In this document: piece by piece, positions 40,921 through 50,234 of the stretch
How positions within the stretch are numbered: position 1 is the first letter of the stretch
How the letters are laid out: each line of letters starts with the position of its first letter
Source: Kiritimatiellia bacterium
Lineage (GTDB): Bacteria > Verrucomicrobiota > Kiritimatiellia > UBA8416 > JABMPJ01
Length of the DNA stretch: 64,000 nucleotides
Assembly (NCBI GenBank): GCA_030745755.1
Contig: JASLOA010000041.1
Span: 6,515-70,514 of the forward strand
Reading direction: 5' to 3'
Position numbers and translations under genes: made by a program
Notes under the pieces: generated by a model
Seen by the model: the letters and a program-made list of their open reading frames with translations, nothing else
What the model was told of the DNA's origin: nothing
Database searches by the model: none

Positions 40921-41397
40921 ATGAGTTCCAAGCGTGGTTTTACGGTGATCGAGATCATGATTGTGGTCACGATCATTGGCCTGCTGGCCACCCTGGCCGT
41001 TCCGCACTTTCGCAAGATCCGGCGTCGTGCCCGGAACGCGGTCTTCATAAACAATCTGCGCATCCTGAGCGACAGCGTGTTTGAGCAATACGCGATCGAG
41101 AATGGCGGGTACCCTGCCGATGCGCCGCCTGGTGTGATACCCGCGGGCATTCAGCCCTACATGGCCCGTCGGGTTCACTGGGAGGAAGGTACACCCATCG
41201 GAGGACAGTGGAACTGGGATCGGGGTGCGACACGTACCGACAAGATCAACGGAGTCTACGCTTCCATCGAGGCAGTGGGTGTGAGCAGAACCGCCGACCA
41301 GATGCGTGAGTTGGACGGTGAATTTGATGACGGAAATCTCCTGACGGGTATGTTTCGCCAGACGCCGACAGGATACATGCAGATAATGGAACACTAG
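40921..41397 (+). CDS. Type IV pilin / pseudopilin-like protein
   Basis: KRGFTVIEIMIVVTIIGLLATLAVP class III signal peptide. Confidence 0.88.
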   Translation: MSSKRGFTVIEIMIVVTIIGLLATLAVPHFRKIRRRARNAVFINNLRILSDSVFEQYAIENGGYPADAPPGVIPAGIQPYMARRVHWEEGTPIGGQWNWDRGATRTDKINGVYASIEAVGVSRTADQMRELDGEFDDGNLLTGMFRQTPTGYMQIMEH

Positions 41398-41409
41398 AGC
41401 GAGGAATCC

Positions 41410-41904
41410 ATGAGTCAGCCTTCGCAGCCGCCGGTCAAACGCAGCAACATCTTCAGCAATCCACGCGTACAGTGGCGGATCGTTCTGACGTTTTCCGCCA
41501 TCGCCCTCGTCTTCGCAGCAACGAGCTGGTACGTCAGTTTGGGGGCCATCGATGCCGTGCATAGCGAGGTGGATCGGCTCGACCTGACCTCTATCCAGGA
41601 ACGCGACCTGCATATTATTGCGCGCGAACAGCGGACCGTGCTCAATATCCAGTTGATGATTCAGACGTTTGCCGCCTTCGTGGTTCTCACGATGGCTGCC
41701 GTCGTGCTGTCGCATCACATCGGCGGGCCGCTCCACCAGCTCAGCGCCTACCTGGCTGAGGTCGTGGAAGGAGAAGTGCAGCCCCGGCGCATCGGCTTCC
41801 GTCACCACGACTTCTTCGAGGATTTGCCCGGTCTCTTCAATGCCTTCCAGGCGAAGTTCGGCATCCTCAAGGAAGAGCCCCGTGCTCCCGCCGGGGAGGA
41901 CTAA
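41410..41904 (+). CDS. Two-TM membrane protein with HAMP-like C-terminus
   Basis: Two hydrophobic helices, then SHHIGGPL..L and R..D.F.DL...FN. Confidence 0.7.
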   Translation: MSQPSQPPVKRSNIFSNPRVQWRIVLTFSAIALVFAATSWYVSLGAIDAVHSEVDRLDLTSIQERDLHIIAREQRTVLNIQLMIQTFAAFVVLTMAAVVLSHHIGGPLHQLSAYLAEVVEGEVQPRRIGFRHHDFFEDLPGLFNAFQAKFGILKEEPRAPAGED

Positions 41905-41938
41905 TGTCAACTTCTACTACTCCCAGGTAGAAATCGCT

Positions 41939-42011
41939 TGTCATTCCGAGCGAAGCGAGGAATCTCAGCTGAAATCAGAACGCTGAGATCCTTCGCTTCG
42001 CTCAGGATGAC
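41939..42011. repeat. GTC-tagged REP doublet
   Basis: TGTCATTCCGAGCGAAGCGAGGAATCTC-N18-GAGATCCTTCGCTTCGCTCAGGATGAC. Confidence 0.9.
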
Positions 42012-42079
42012 CGCATGCATGCATTCATACCGGTGAGTATTGGCGAGTGGTATAGGGGCGCTAGGCCCGCTTGCCAATA

Positions 42080-42976
42080 TCAACGAACGGTTGGTGATGC
42101 CGCAGACAGGGAGTGGGGCAGGGCCGGCGTAGCCGTGTCCTGGGTGCAGACAAATGCGGCGACGCGGTTGGCGTGGTCGTTGATTTCGGGAAGCGGCTTC
42201 TGATTCAGCAGCCCGATGCAGAGGGTGGCTGTGAAGGAGTCTCCTGCACCAACCGTGTTGGTGGCCTCACAAAGAATGCCGGCATGGTCGTCGGTTTCAT
42301 TCTCGGTCACAAGCAGACTGCCTGCAGATCCTCGCGTGTAGGCGATGAGCTGGAGGTCGAACATCTGGCGTAGTGCTGCGATCTGTTCGGGTGCCGTCCC
42401 GTCGATGCCGAACATGTCGGCGAGCACCGGCAACTCCTCATCACTCAGTTTCAGCACGCTAGCATGCGCCAGCGACGCCTCGATGATCTCCTTAGAGAAG
42501 AAATCCTGCCGCAGATTGACGTCAAAGATCTTCAGTGCCTCGTCGCGCATTGCTCCGAGGAACGCGTGAATAGTGCTGCGCGATACGCCATTGCGCTGCG
42601 CCAGCGACCCGAAACAGACCGCGTCGGCTTTGGTCGCCAACGTAATGAGGTCGTTTGTCAGTGGGACGTAATCCCACGCGACGCCTTCACAGATCTCGTA
42701 ACTCGGTTTGCCGCTGTTGAGCGTGACTTGAACCGTTCCGGTCGGATGCTCCTTGTCGATCATCACGAACTCATCCGGCAGGCGTTTTGCCAGCAGCACC
42801 TCGCGAATCTCGACACCCAGTGCATCCGGACCCACGGCACTCACCGGGTACCCGGTCGCGCCGAGCTGATGGCCGTGATAGCTGAAATTTACCGGCGCAC
42901 CCCCAAGACGCTTTCCTTCCGGAAACACATCCCACAGCAGCTCACCAATCCCGGCAACAGTAAAGGGCTCGTACAT
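42080..42976 (-). CDS. PfkB-family carbohydrate kinase (fructokinase-like)
   Basis: GIGELLWD, GGAPVN, FGSLAQR, FDVNLR and TVGAGDSF motifs. Confidence 0.9.
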   Translation of the reverse strand: MYEPFTVAGIGELLWDVFPEGKRLGGAPVNFSYHGHQLGATGYPVSAVGPDALGVEIREVLLAKRLPDEFVMIDKEHPTGTVQVTLNSGKPSYEICEGVAWDYVPLTNDLITLATKADAVCFGSLAQRNGVSRSTIHAFLGAMRDEALKIFDVNLRQDFFSKEIIEASLAHASVLKLSDEELPVLADMFGIDGTAPEQIAALRQMFDLQLIAYTRGSAGSLLVTENETDDHAGILCEATNTVGAGDSFTATLCIGLLNQKPLPEINDHANRVAAFVCTQDTATPALPHSLSAASPTVR

Positions 42977-42992
42977 ATGAATTACTCTTTGC

Positions 42993-43169
42993 GGGCTGTT
43001 GCCCAAATCAAAAAGACGCCTGCGGCGAGATGTCTCGGCAAGCTCGACATGACAGTTCCTTAGAAAACTCGGTAAGGCAAGACGGGTCATCCCGCCTGCC
43101 CGCCATAGCCCAGCGGGCGACGGCGGGAGCAACGTCGAGGGATCTCCTTTTGGGCAACACGCCCTCTAG
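42993..43169. repeat. Composite palindrome with REP doublet and a nested second repeat
   Basis: Outer GGGCTGTTGCCCAAA / TTTGGGCAACACGCCC; the right REP copy is interrupted by CCTGCCCGCCATAGCCCAGCGGGCGACGGCGG. Confidence 0.8.
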
Positions 43170-44194
43170 TCGAGATCAATGACCACTTTAAGCGTAGTGT
43201 CGGCTTTCTCTTCAATGAACTGATAGGCTGCCTCGTACTGCTCGAATGGGAAATGGCCCGATACGAGCGGCTCGGTGACAATCGATCCATCGGCAATCCA
43301 CGCTACGGCCTGCTCGAAGTCCTCATGGCGGTACATCATTGACCCTCTGACGGTCAACTCGTGCTCGCATACGACCGACATGTCGACTCTGGGCTGTGCC
43401 TCGAACACGCCGATGCTCAGCAACGTTCCGCCCTTTCCGATGTTGGCCACGAGCGCGCTGAGACTGGCCTCGACGCCTGCCACCTCGGCGCCGATATCGA
43501 AGCCATCCGCGCCAAACTCGCGTCTGACGGCATCGACAAACGGCTCCTTGCTCACGTTGCAGGTGGCGCTAATTCCCACCTGCCTTGCCACGTCCAGCCG
43601 GTAGTCGCTGATGTCCGTGATGAGCACTGTCTTTGCGCCGCGACACATGCACGCCTGGGCCACGAAGTTGCCGATCGTTCCAGCACCCGAGACGACCACG
43701 TTCTTGCCGCTCAGATCGCCGCCCGCCTGTCCGGTCGAATGGGCGGCAACGGCCACGGGTTCCACGAATGCGCCCTGCTCCGGCTTGAAGTCGGCGGGTA
43801 AGGCGATGATCTTGTCGGCTTCCGTTACAAAGTAATCCTGCGCGCAGCCCGGCGCTTGGAATCCTCGTACCTTGAGTTCCTCGCAGGCATTATACTGTCC
43901 GCGTCGACAGGGCGGACAGATGCCGCAGACCTCCTGCGGTGTGGCCGTAACCTTGTCGCCTACCTGGATGCCTTCAACGCCATCGCCGACGGTGTCGATC
44001 ACGCCGGCGTACTCGTGCCCCTGGACTAGCGGGTAGGTCACAAACGGGTGTTTGCCGTGGAAGACATGGATGTCCGATCCGCACACGCCGATGCGCTCGA
44101 TCCGGATGCGTACCTGTCCCGGGCCGGGGTGGGGGGCGTCAACGTCGCGGAACTCGATGGTTCCGGGGGCCGTCATTACTGCTTGTCTCATCAC
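43166..44194 (-). CDS. Zinc-dependent alcohol/polyol dehydrogenase
   Basis: GVCGSDIH, GHE, CGICPPC..G.YN.C and SGAGTIG motifs. Confidence 0.92.
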   Translation of the reverse strand: MMRQAVMTAPGTIEFRDVDAPHPGPGQVRIRIERIGVCGSDIHVFHGKHPFVTYPLVQGHEYAGVIDTVGDGVEGIQVGDKVTATPQEVCGICPPCRRGQYNACEELKVRGFQAPGCAQDYFVTEADKIIALPADFKPEQGAFVEPVAVAAHSTGQAGGDLSGKNVVVSGAGTIGNFVAQACMCRGAKTVLITDISDYRLDVARQVGISATCNVSKEPFVDAVRREFGADGFDIGAEVAGVEASLSALVANIGKGGTLLSIGVFEAQPRVDMSVVCEHELTVRGSMMYRHEDFEQAVAWIADGSIVTEPLVSGHFPFEQYEAAYQFIEEKADTTLKVVIDLD

Positions 44195-44211
44195 TGCTCC
44201 TGTTCCATCCG

Positions 44212-45378
44212 CTAACCTCTAAAGGTCGTCTCCAGCTGCACCCTATGATGCTGTTCCCACGATTCCTTGAATGTCGCATAGCCTTCGCGTGTTTCGAACA
44301 CCTGGCTGTCGTCCCAGAGGAGGCGCCAGTCGCCGTCGGCTTCGGGCCAGAGGAAGACCTGGCCCCAGATCAGACGGTTGTTGGCATCGATGCCGGGATG
44401 CTCGGGTGTGCCGTCGCCCGAGATGCGCAGGAGCTGGTCTGGCGAGAGAGTATCGGCAACGGCACAGAAGAGATTGTCACGGATCCAGTCCGAGCGCGTG
44501 GCCATGGCCACAAACCCGCCGCTCTTGTTCATGCGCTGTGCCGCCCACGCCAGGCAGACCTTTGGGGGCGGAACCCCAAGCTCGGCGGCGACGGCCTGTA
44601 TGGTGCGGTCCATCATGTCGGCCCGGTGCTCCTTGAACGTGTCACGTGCCGGTCGGTTGGGTGAACCCAGCGACATGTAGCCGGTACAGACAACGCCTTC
44701 CGATTCGAAATAGCGGCGCAGCTCCGTCTGCTGCATCAGGGGATGCATCTCCATCTGGTTGCAGACGGGACGCTCGTCCTTCGGCACATCGCGCAGGAGG
44801 AGCTTCATGTCTGCCTCGGTATGGTTCGAGGTGCCTATATCGACGATCTTGCCGGCCTTCTTGAGCTTTACAATTTCGGCCCAGGTTTCGAGGAAGGCTT
44901 CGTGGATATAGGGGACGGCATCGGGGTTGCGATGATCGCCCGCGCAGCCCGGGGTATGTACATTGGGCCAGGGCCAGTGGTTCAGGTAGAGATCAATCTT
45001 GTCGACGCCCAGCGCCTGCAACGTACCATCCAGTGCCGGGGCCACGTCCTTCGGGTCCATATGCCCGTTCCAGAGCTTGCCGGTGATGAACAGTTCATCG
45101 GGCGAAGCGATGTAGCCCTCGCGTATGGCCCGGCGTATGGCCTCACCCACGACATCCTCATTCTCGTAGGCCCGGGCCGTATCCAGGTGCCGCCATCCGA
45201 GTCGGATCGCTTCCGCTGTGGCCTCTTCCATGTAGTCCTGCGCCCAGTCCGAATGGAACGTCCCGAACGCCGCCACAGGCATCATGCGTCCACTCGCCAA
45301 TTCCACCTGGTGCACGGACGCCGGGTCCAACGGCTCAATGCTCTTGTCAAAACATACCGGCTCAATCTTCTGTGTCAT
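44212..45378 (-). CDS. Aldo/keto reductase
   Basis: HLDTA..Y.NE, FITGKLWN, DLYLNHWP, IGTSN and NQMEMHP motifs. Confidence 0.9.
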   Translation of the reverse strand: MTQKIEPVCFDKSIEPLDPASVHQVELASGRMMPVAAFGTFHSDWAQDYMEEATAEAIRLGWRHLDTARAYENEDVVGEAIRRAIREGYIASPDELFITGKLWNGHMDPKDVAPALDGTLQALGVDKIDLYLNHWPWPNVHTPGCAGDHRNPDAVPYIHEAFLETWAEIVKLKKAGKIVDIGTSNHTEADMKLLLRDVPKDERPVCNQMEMHPLMQQTELRRYFESEGVVCTGYMSLGSPNRPARDTFKEHRADMMDRTIQAVAAELGVPPPKVCLAWAAQRMNKSGGFVAMATRSDWIRDNLFCAVADTLSPDQLLRISGDGTPEHPGIDANNRLIWGQVFLWPEADGDWRLLWDDSQVFETREGYATFKESWEQHHRVQLETTFRG

Positions 45379-45611
45379 ATCACTCTCCTCATGATCTGAA
45401 CGCGCCACTCTACACCCTTCGCACTTACCGCTCAACTTCATCTTTGAAATACCGCGTTCATCCTGTACCCGGTCCCACACCCAAACCAACCGGAATTTCC
45501 ACCCCTCAAAAGCAAACAAAGCGGCGAAGAATCGCCGCTGGCCTCCCCATTGCTGACTTTGCAGACGTGGAGTGAGCTGATACAGTCAGAAGCAAATGGA
45601 GATGTGATCAA

Positions 45612-46595
45612 ATGAGAAAATCGACGGTATGGCTCGTACTGGTGGCCTTGTGCAGTGGAATCTGCGTGACAGACGCGGTCGCCTGTACGAAGCCGGTGTT
45701 CCGCTATGCCCTGGAGCGTTGGCGTGCAGCGCCGTACGGGCTGGCCGTCCTTCACAAGGGGGAACTCGACAGGGCTGCCAGGGACGAGATTTCGTCCATT
45801 GTTCCCGAGGACGCCTACAACTGGTCCGTCGCTTACGGCAACGTTGATGGAGAGCTTCCGGCGGGGGTGATCAAAGCAGCCTGGGATGCCAACCCCGATG
45901 CCGCACGCCTGCCTCTGGGGTTCGTGCAGATACCGCGCGGCGGCGGCACGGAAACGAAGCCTGTCTGGACGGGAACGCTGGATAGCGCCGGTTTGGCCAG
46001 GCTGAAGGCGTTGGTTTACTCGCCCACGGTATTGAGCGTGATTCGCTCGATCTGCAGCGGCGACACCGCCGTCTGGCTGATCCTTGACAGCCCCGACAAG
46101 AAAGCAACCAGGACGTTTACCAAGACGCTTGAGAAGAAGCTCGCTGCTCTGCAGAAGGAGCTCAAGCTCCCTCACGAGTTGGATCCCCTTGATTCCGCGT
46201 ACGATGATGACCTGGCGCCGGGTATCCCGATGAAGCTCGAGTTCTCCATCCAAAATGTTGACCTCAAGGCTCCGGAGACGGCCCTGCTGAACGCGTGCTT
46301 GAGCGCATGGGCTCCCAAGTTGATGTCGATGGAAGAGCCGCTTGCTGTTCCCGTATTCGGTCGCGGCAGAGCCCTGGCGGTCTTTACCCCCGACGAGCTG
46401 ACCGACGAGGTGCTCGCGGAGGTCTGCCAGTTCCTGGTCGGGCCTTGCTCCTGCAAGGTCAAGGCGTTGAATCCCGGGTTTGATCTTGTCATGCCGTTTG
46501 CCTGGGAGCGGGCGCTCTTGGATGAGTCATACGACGTGGATGCCGTCATCAAGAGCCTGGCTACGACCGGCGCAGAGAGCGCTAAAGGAAAATAG
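45612..46595 (+). CDS. Uncharacterised exported protein, first gene of the Mo/sulfur-carrier operon
   Basis: Signal peptide followed by CTKPVFRYALERW; later PVFGRGRAL and FLVGPCSCKVK..NPG.DL. Confidence 0.75.
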   Translation: MRKSTVWLVLVALCSGICVTDAVACTKPVFRYALERWRAAPYGLAVLHKGELDRAARDEISSIVPEDAYNWSVAYGNVDGELPAGVIKAAWDANPDAARLPLGFVQIPRGGGTETKPVWTGTLDSAGLARLKALVYSPTVLSVIRSICSGDTAVWLILDSPDKKATRTFTKTLEKKLAALQKELKLPHELDPLDSAYDDDLAPGIPMKLEFSIQNVDLKAPETALLNACLSAWAPKLMSMEEPLAVPVFGRGRALAVFTPDELTDEVLAEVCQFLVGPCSCKVKALNPGFDLVMPFAWERALLDESYDVDAVIKSLATTGAESAKGK

Positions 46596-46600
46596 CAACG

Positions 46601-47863
46601 GTGAAGGTCAGGATATCCCATCTCTTCTGGCGTGAATTGACGTTCCGTTCTGGCGCGTTCCTGCTTGGCCTCGTCGGGGTTGCCGCCATGGCCGCCTGCC
46701 TCACGGGCGCGCGGGCTTTTCTGAAGGCGCACGATGCCGAAACCGAGAAGCTTACCGGTGCCCTGGAGGAACGCTCCACCGAGCGCATGACAGAATTGCG
46801 CGATGCGGCCAGGAAGTTCTCCAAGAACCTGGGGTTCAACTGCATGTTGCTTCCCCCGAAGCAGCGCCTCGGGGATCTCTACGCCACGGGCCGAAGCACG
46901 CAGTTCTTTGCCGAAGCCGATGTGGCTGCGATGGTCGATGCACAGTCAGCGACCCTGAACCACATGAGGCCGATTCTCCGTGAACGTGTGTCCTGGCCGG
47001 AGCAGCAGCGTGACATCATCCTGGTAGGGGTACGTGGCGAGGTCTACATCAAGGCGCCTCGATGGCAGAAGCCCATCGAAGAGGCCATCGATCACGACAA
47101 GGCGCATCTCGGGTTTGCGCTTGCCCGGGAACTTGAGCTGAAGCCGGGTGGGTCCCTGAAGCTCATGGGCCGTACCTTCACGGTTGAACACATTCTACCG
47201 CAGGCAGGCGGTGAGGATGATATCGCGGTGCGTGTCAGCCTTGAGACCGCGCAGGAGCTTCTCGATAAGCGTAACAAGATCAGTGCTGTGCTGGCACTCA
47301 TGTGCAATTGCGCCAATGGCGACCCGGACATTGTCCGCCGCGAGATGAACAAATACATCCCCGGGATCCAGGTGGTTGATTTCACCGTGCGTGCGCGGGC
47401 GCGCCAGACCGCACGGAGCGCCATTGCGGAGGGGACTGCCGCCGAGGTGAACGATATCAAGGAAAGCCGCGCAGCACTTCGAACGCAGATCGCCGGTTTC
47501 TCCCGCGTGCTCGTGGGACTGGTAACCGTGGGGACCGTGCTGCTTCTCAGCGTGCTGACCCTCAACAATGCCCGCGAAAGACGCGGCGAGGTCGCGATGC
47601 TGCGTGCGCTCGGTGTCCGCGCCTGCGGCATCCTGGGCCTGTTCCTGATGAAAGCACTTCTCGTTGGTGCCGTCGGCGGGATCATCGGCTGCGTCGTCGG
47701 AGCCTTCGGAACCCGGCTGATTGCGGGAGAGGGGGCACGCATCTCGTTGGTCTATGGTGGCGGCGTGTTTGCCGTGACCGTAGGGATTGCCCTTGTTGCT
47801 ACGCTGGTTCCGGCTGCCCGCTCTGCCGCGGAGGATCCGGCCGGGATTCTTAACCAGGAGTAG
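46601..47863 (+). CDS. FtsX/MacB/LolE-type ABC permease
   Basis: One TM, large periplasmic domain, then ERRGEVAMLRALG and 3 TMs; LMCNCA motif. Confidence 0.88.
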   Translation: MKVRISHLFWRELTFRSGAFLLGLVGVAAMAACLTGARAFLKAHDAETEKLTGALEERSTERMTELRDAARKFSKNLGFNCMLLPPKQRLGDLYATGRSTQFFAEADVAAMVDAQSATLNHMRPILRERVSWPEQQRDIILVGVRGEVYIKAPRWQKPIEEAIDHDKAHLGFALARELELKPGGSLKLMGRTFTVEHILPQAGGEDDIAVRVSLETAQELLDKRNKISAVLALMCNCANGDPDIVRREMNKYIPGIQVVDFTVRARARQTARSAIAEGTAAEVNDIKESRAALRTQIAGFSRVLVGLVTVGTVLLLSVLTLNNARERRGEVAMLRALGVRACGILGLFLMKALLVGAVGGIIGCVVGAFGTRLIAGEGARISLVYGGGVFAVTVGIALVATLVPAARSAAEDPAGILNQE

Positions 47864-47865
47864 CT

Positions 47866-49398
47866 ATGCCGAAACGTATTCGAAAGGGTCCCCTCGTCAT
47901 TGGCTGCTCGGCCCTGCTATTCGTGGTGCTGACATTGTTGCTGTTTACGACCGAACCCAAGCCCGCCGCGGACGCTCCGGAAAGCCGTCCGCTTGTTCTC
48001 TTCTGCGCTGCGGGCATGCGTATGCCGATTGAGGAGATCCGCGCTGCGTTCGAAAAGGAGTGCGGCGTCCGGGTCGATGTCCAGTATGGCGGCTCCAACA
48101 CGTTGCTGAACCAGATGCAGATCTCCAAAAAGGCGGATCTCTATCTCGCGGCCGACCGTGCCTACGTCGCCCGGGCCCGCGAGATGGGACTGGTCAGGGA
48201 GATTCTGCCGATCGCACGCATGATGCCTGTGATTGCGGTTCCCGAGGGTAACCCCAAGCGTATCTGGTCCATCGATCATATTCTGAAGCCCGGCGTGAAG
48301 CTGGCCCTCGGCAACCCTGAGCAGGCGGCAATAGGTAAGGCGGCGCGCGATGCACTGGTGCGTTCCGGCCACTGGGAGCAGGTCGAAGCCCTGGCCCGTG
48401 AGAACGGGGTCTTCAAGCCCACTGTTCCCGATGTAGCCAACACGGTGAAGATCGGAAGTGTGGATGCGGGTATCATCTGGTCGGCAACGGCCAGCCAGTT
48501 CGAGGGCATTGACGGGGTCCGTATCCCCGAGTTGGACAGCGCCGCCAGCGTGATCTCGATCGCCGTGGCCGCGGATACCTCGGCATCTGTTGATGCGCTC
48601 AACTTCGCGCGCTACGTCACGGGTGCAAACCGGGGACTGGAAGTGTTCGCGCGATTGGGGTACGAGTCGGTTGATGGCGACCCCTGGGAAGCCAGGACGG
48701 ACATCACGTTCTTCGCCGGGTCTGTCAACCGTCGCGGACTGTCGGAAGCCATCAAGCGTTTTGAAACGCGCGAGGGTGTTCGCGTGAATACCGTGTTCAA
48801 CGGTTGCGGTATCCTGACGGCCCAGATGCGTACGATCCACAGTGATGGCGAGTTTCCCGACGCCTACATGGCGTGCGACCAGTACTATCTCGACGTTGTC
48901 CAGGACCTCTTCGGTGAAGGGACGCAGATTTCTAAGACGCGAATCGTGATCGTGGTTGCGGAAGGGAACCCGAAGCGCATCCAGTCGCTCGAAGACCTGG
49001 CCCGTCCCGGTATTCGACTGGCGGTCGGTCAGCCGGAACAGTGCACGATCGGTGTGCTGTCGCGTCAGCTACTCGAGTCCGTTGGGCTCTACAAGAAGCT
49101 GCTGGAGAACAACGTCGTCACGCAGACGGCGACATCCGCAATGCTTGTGCCGGCCGTGACGACCGGCGCTGCCGATGCCGTGCTTGCCTACCGGACCGAC
49201 ACATTGGCTGAGGCTGACAAGGTTGATGCCATCGGTATCGACTCACCACTCGCCAAGGTCGTCCAGCCGTTTGCGCTTTCCCGCAAGAGTGATCAACACC
49301 TTCTGGGTACGCGTCTTTTTGAGACGATCACCGAAGCCCGGGCCGAGTTCGAAGCCGCTGGCTTCGACTGGCTGCTCGAGGGGGAGTTGATGCCGTGA
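47866..49398 (+). CDS. modA: Tandem two-domain molybdate-binding protein
   Basis: Two ModA-like repeats (CAAG..GGSNTL..ADLYLAAD..GNPK; AGSVN..NGCGIL..PDAYMACD..GNPK) with an N-terminal membrane anchor. Confidence 0.8.
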   Translation: MPKRIRKGPLVIGCSALLFVVLTLLLFTTEPKPAADAPESRPLVLFCAAGMRMPIEEIRAAFEKECGVRVDVQYGGSNTLLNQMQISKKADLYLAADRAYVARAREMGLVREILPIARMMPVIAVPEGNPKRIWSIDHILKPGVKLALGNPEQAAIGKAARDALVRSGHWEQVEALARENGVFKPTVPDVANTVKIGSVDAGIIWSATASQFEGIDGVRIPELDSAASVISIAVAADTSASVDALNFARYVTGANRGLEVFARLGYESVDGDPWEARTDITFFAGSVNRRGLSEAIKRFETREGVRVNTVFNGCGILTAQMRTIHSDGEFPDAYMACDQYYLDVVQDLFGEGTQISKTRIVIVVAEGNPKRIQSLEDLARPGIRLAVGQPEQCTIGVLSRQLLESVGLYKKLLENNVVTQTATSAMLVPAVTTGAADAVLAYRTDTLAEADKVDAIGIDSPLAKVVQPFALSRKSDQHLLGTRLFETITEARAEFEAAGFDWLLEGELMP

Positions 49399-50234
49399 TG
49401 GAACGTCCCCGTTCGGCATGGAAGCCGCCCGGCAAAGGGGCTGACCGCCTCTTTATCGCTGGCATGGCGATCATGCTGGGGGCCTACACGCTGCTCATCC
49501 TGCTCATGCTCGTGGCCGACTTCGCGTATGTCGGGGGCGTTGCGGATGAGGGAGCGTTCCTCACGTCCTTCGTGAAGGCGTTTAAGAGTCCCGAGATTCG
49601 CAGCGCCATGACCCTGACGATGATCTCGTGCACGCTGGCCGCCATTCTTTCGGTCTGGGTCGCCGTTCCGGCAGGCTACCTGCTGTCGCGCTGTACGTTT
49701 CGCGGCAGCCGCTTCATCGACGCGTTGCTGGACATTCCGATTGTGCTGCCGCCGCTCGTGGTGGGGCTGAGTCTCCTGATTCTCTTTCAGTTTCTGCCCG
49801 TTGCGGTTCGTGAAGCCGTCGTCTATGAACGCCCGGCTGTTGTATTGGCCCAGTTTGCTGTCTCCTGCGCCTTTGCCGTGCGCATCATGCGCGCGGCCTT
49901 TGACCAGATCGACGAACGTTGTGCTCTCGTGGCGCAGACCCTGGGATGCTCCCGGCAACAGGCTTTCTTGCGGGTCGAGCTTCCGGAGGCCTGGCCCGGC
50001 GTGCTGACCGCAGCCACGATTGCATGGGCACGCGCCCTGGGTGAGTTCGGGCCGCTGCTCATCTTCGCAGGCGCCACGCGTAACAAGACCGAGGTGCTCT
50101 CCACGACCGTGTTCCTGGAACTGAGCATTGGTGACCTGTCCGCTGCCGTGACCGTCTCGCTTATCATGGTGGCCGCCGCCATCGCCGTCGTGATGACTGC
50201 CCGCACCTGGGGCAGTAGGAATATGAACCTATGA
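49395..50234 (+). CDS. modB: Molybdate ABC transporter permease
   Basis: DIPIVLPPLVVG and WARALGEFG motifs. Confidence 0.85.
   Translation: MMERPRSAWKPPGKGADRLFIAGMAIMLGAYTLLILLMLVADFAYVGGVADEGAFLTSFVKAFKSPEIRSAMTLTMISCTLAAILSVWVAVPAGYLLSRCTFRGSRFIDALLDIPIVLPPLVVGLSLLILFQFLPVAVREAVVYERPAVVLAQFAVSCAFAVRIMRAAFDQIDERCALVAQTLGCSRQQAFLRVELPEAWPGVLTAATIAWARALGEFGPLLIFAGATRNKTEVLSTTVFLELSIGDLSAAVTVSLIMVAAAIAVVMTARTWGSRNMNL

Noticed and set aside
42976-43132. N-terminal extensions in the ORF track (pfkB, also dtd, hisI, rmd-like, AKR, second GT9, pyruvyltransferase)
   Set aside because: They run through repeats or upstream genes; downstream starts match family N-termini and RBS or stop overlaps.
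11245-43169. Repeat-spacer-repeat units as a CRISPR array
   Set aside because: Repeats are inverted, dispersed in pairs, have 17-19 nt spacers, and there are no cas genes.
45380-45611. Moco riboswitch or ModE box upstream of the mod operon
   Set aside because: No recognisable consensus; only a weak TTGCAG-N16-TACAGT promoter. An Infernal scan would be needed.
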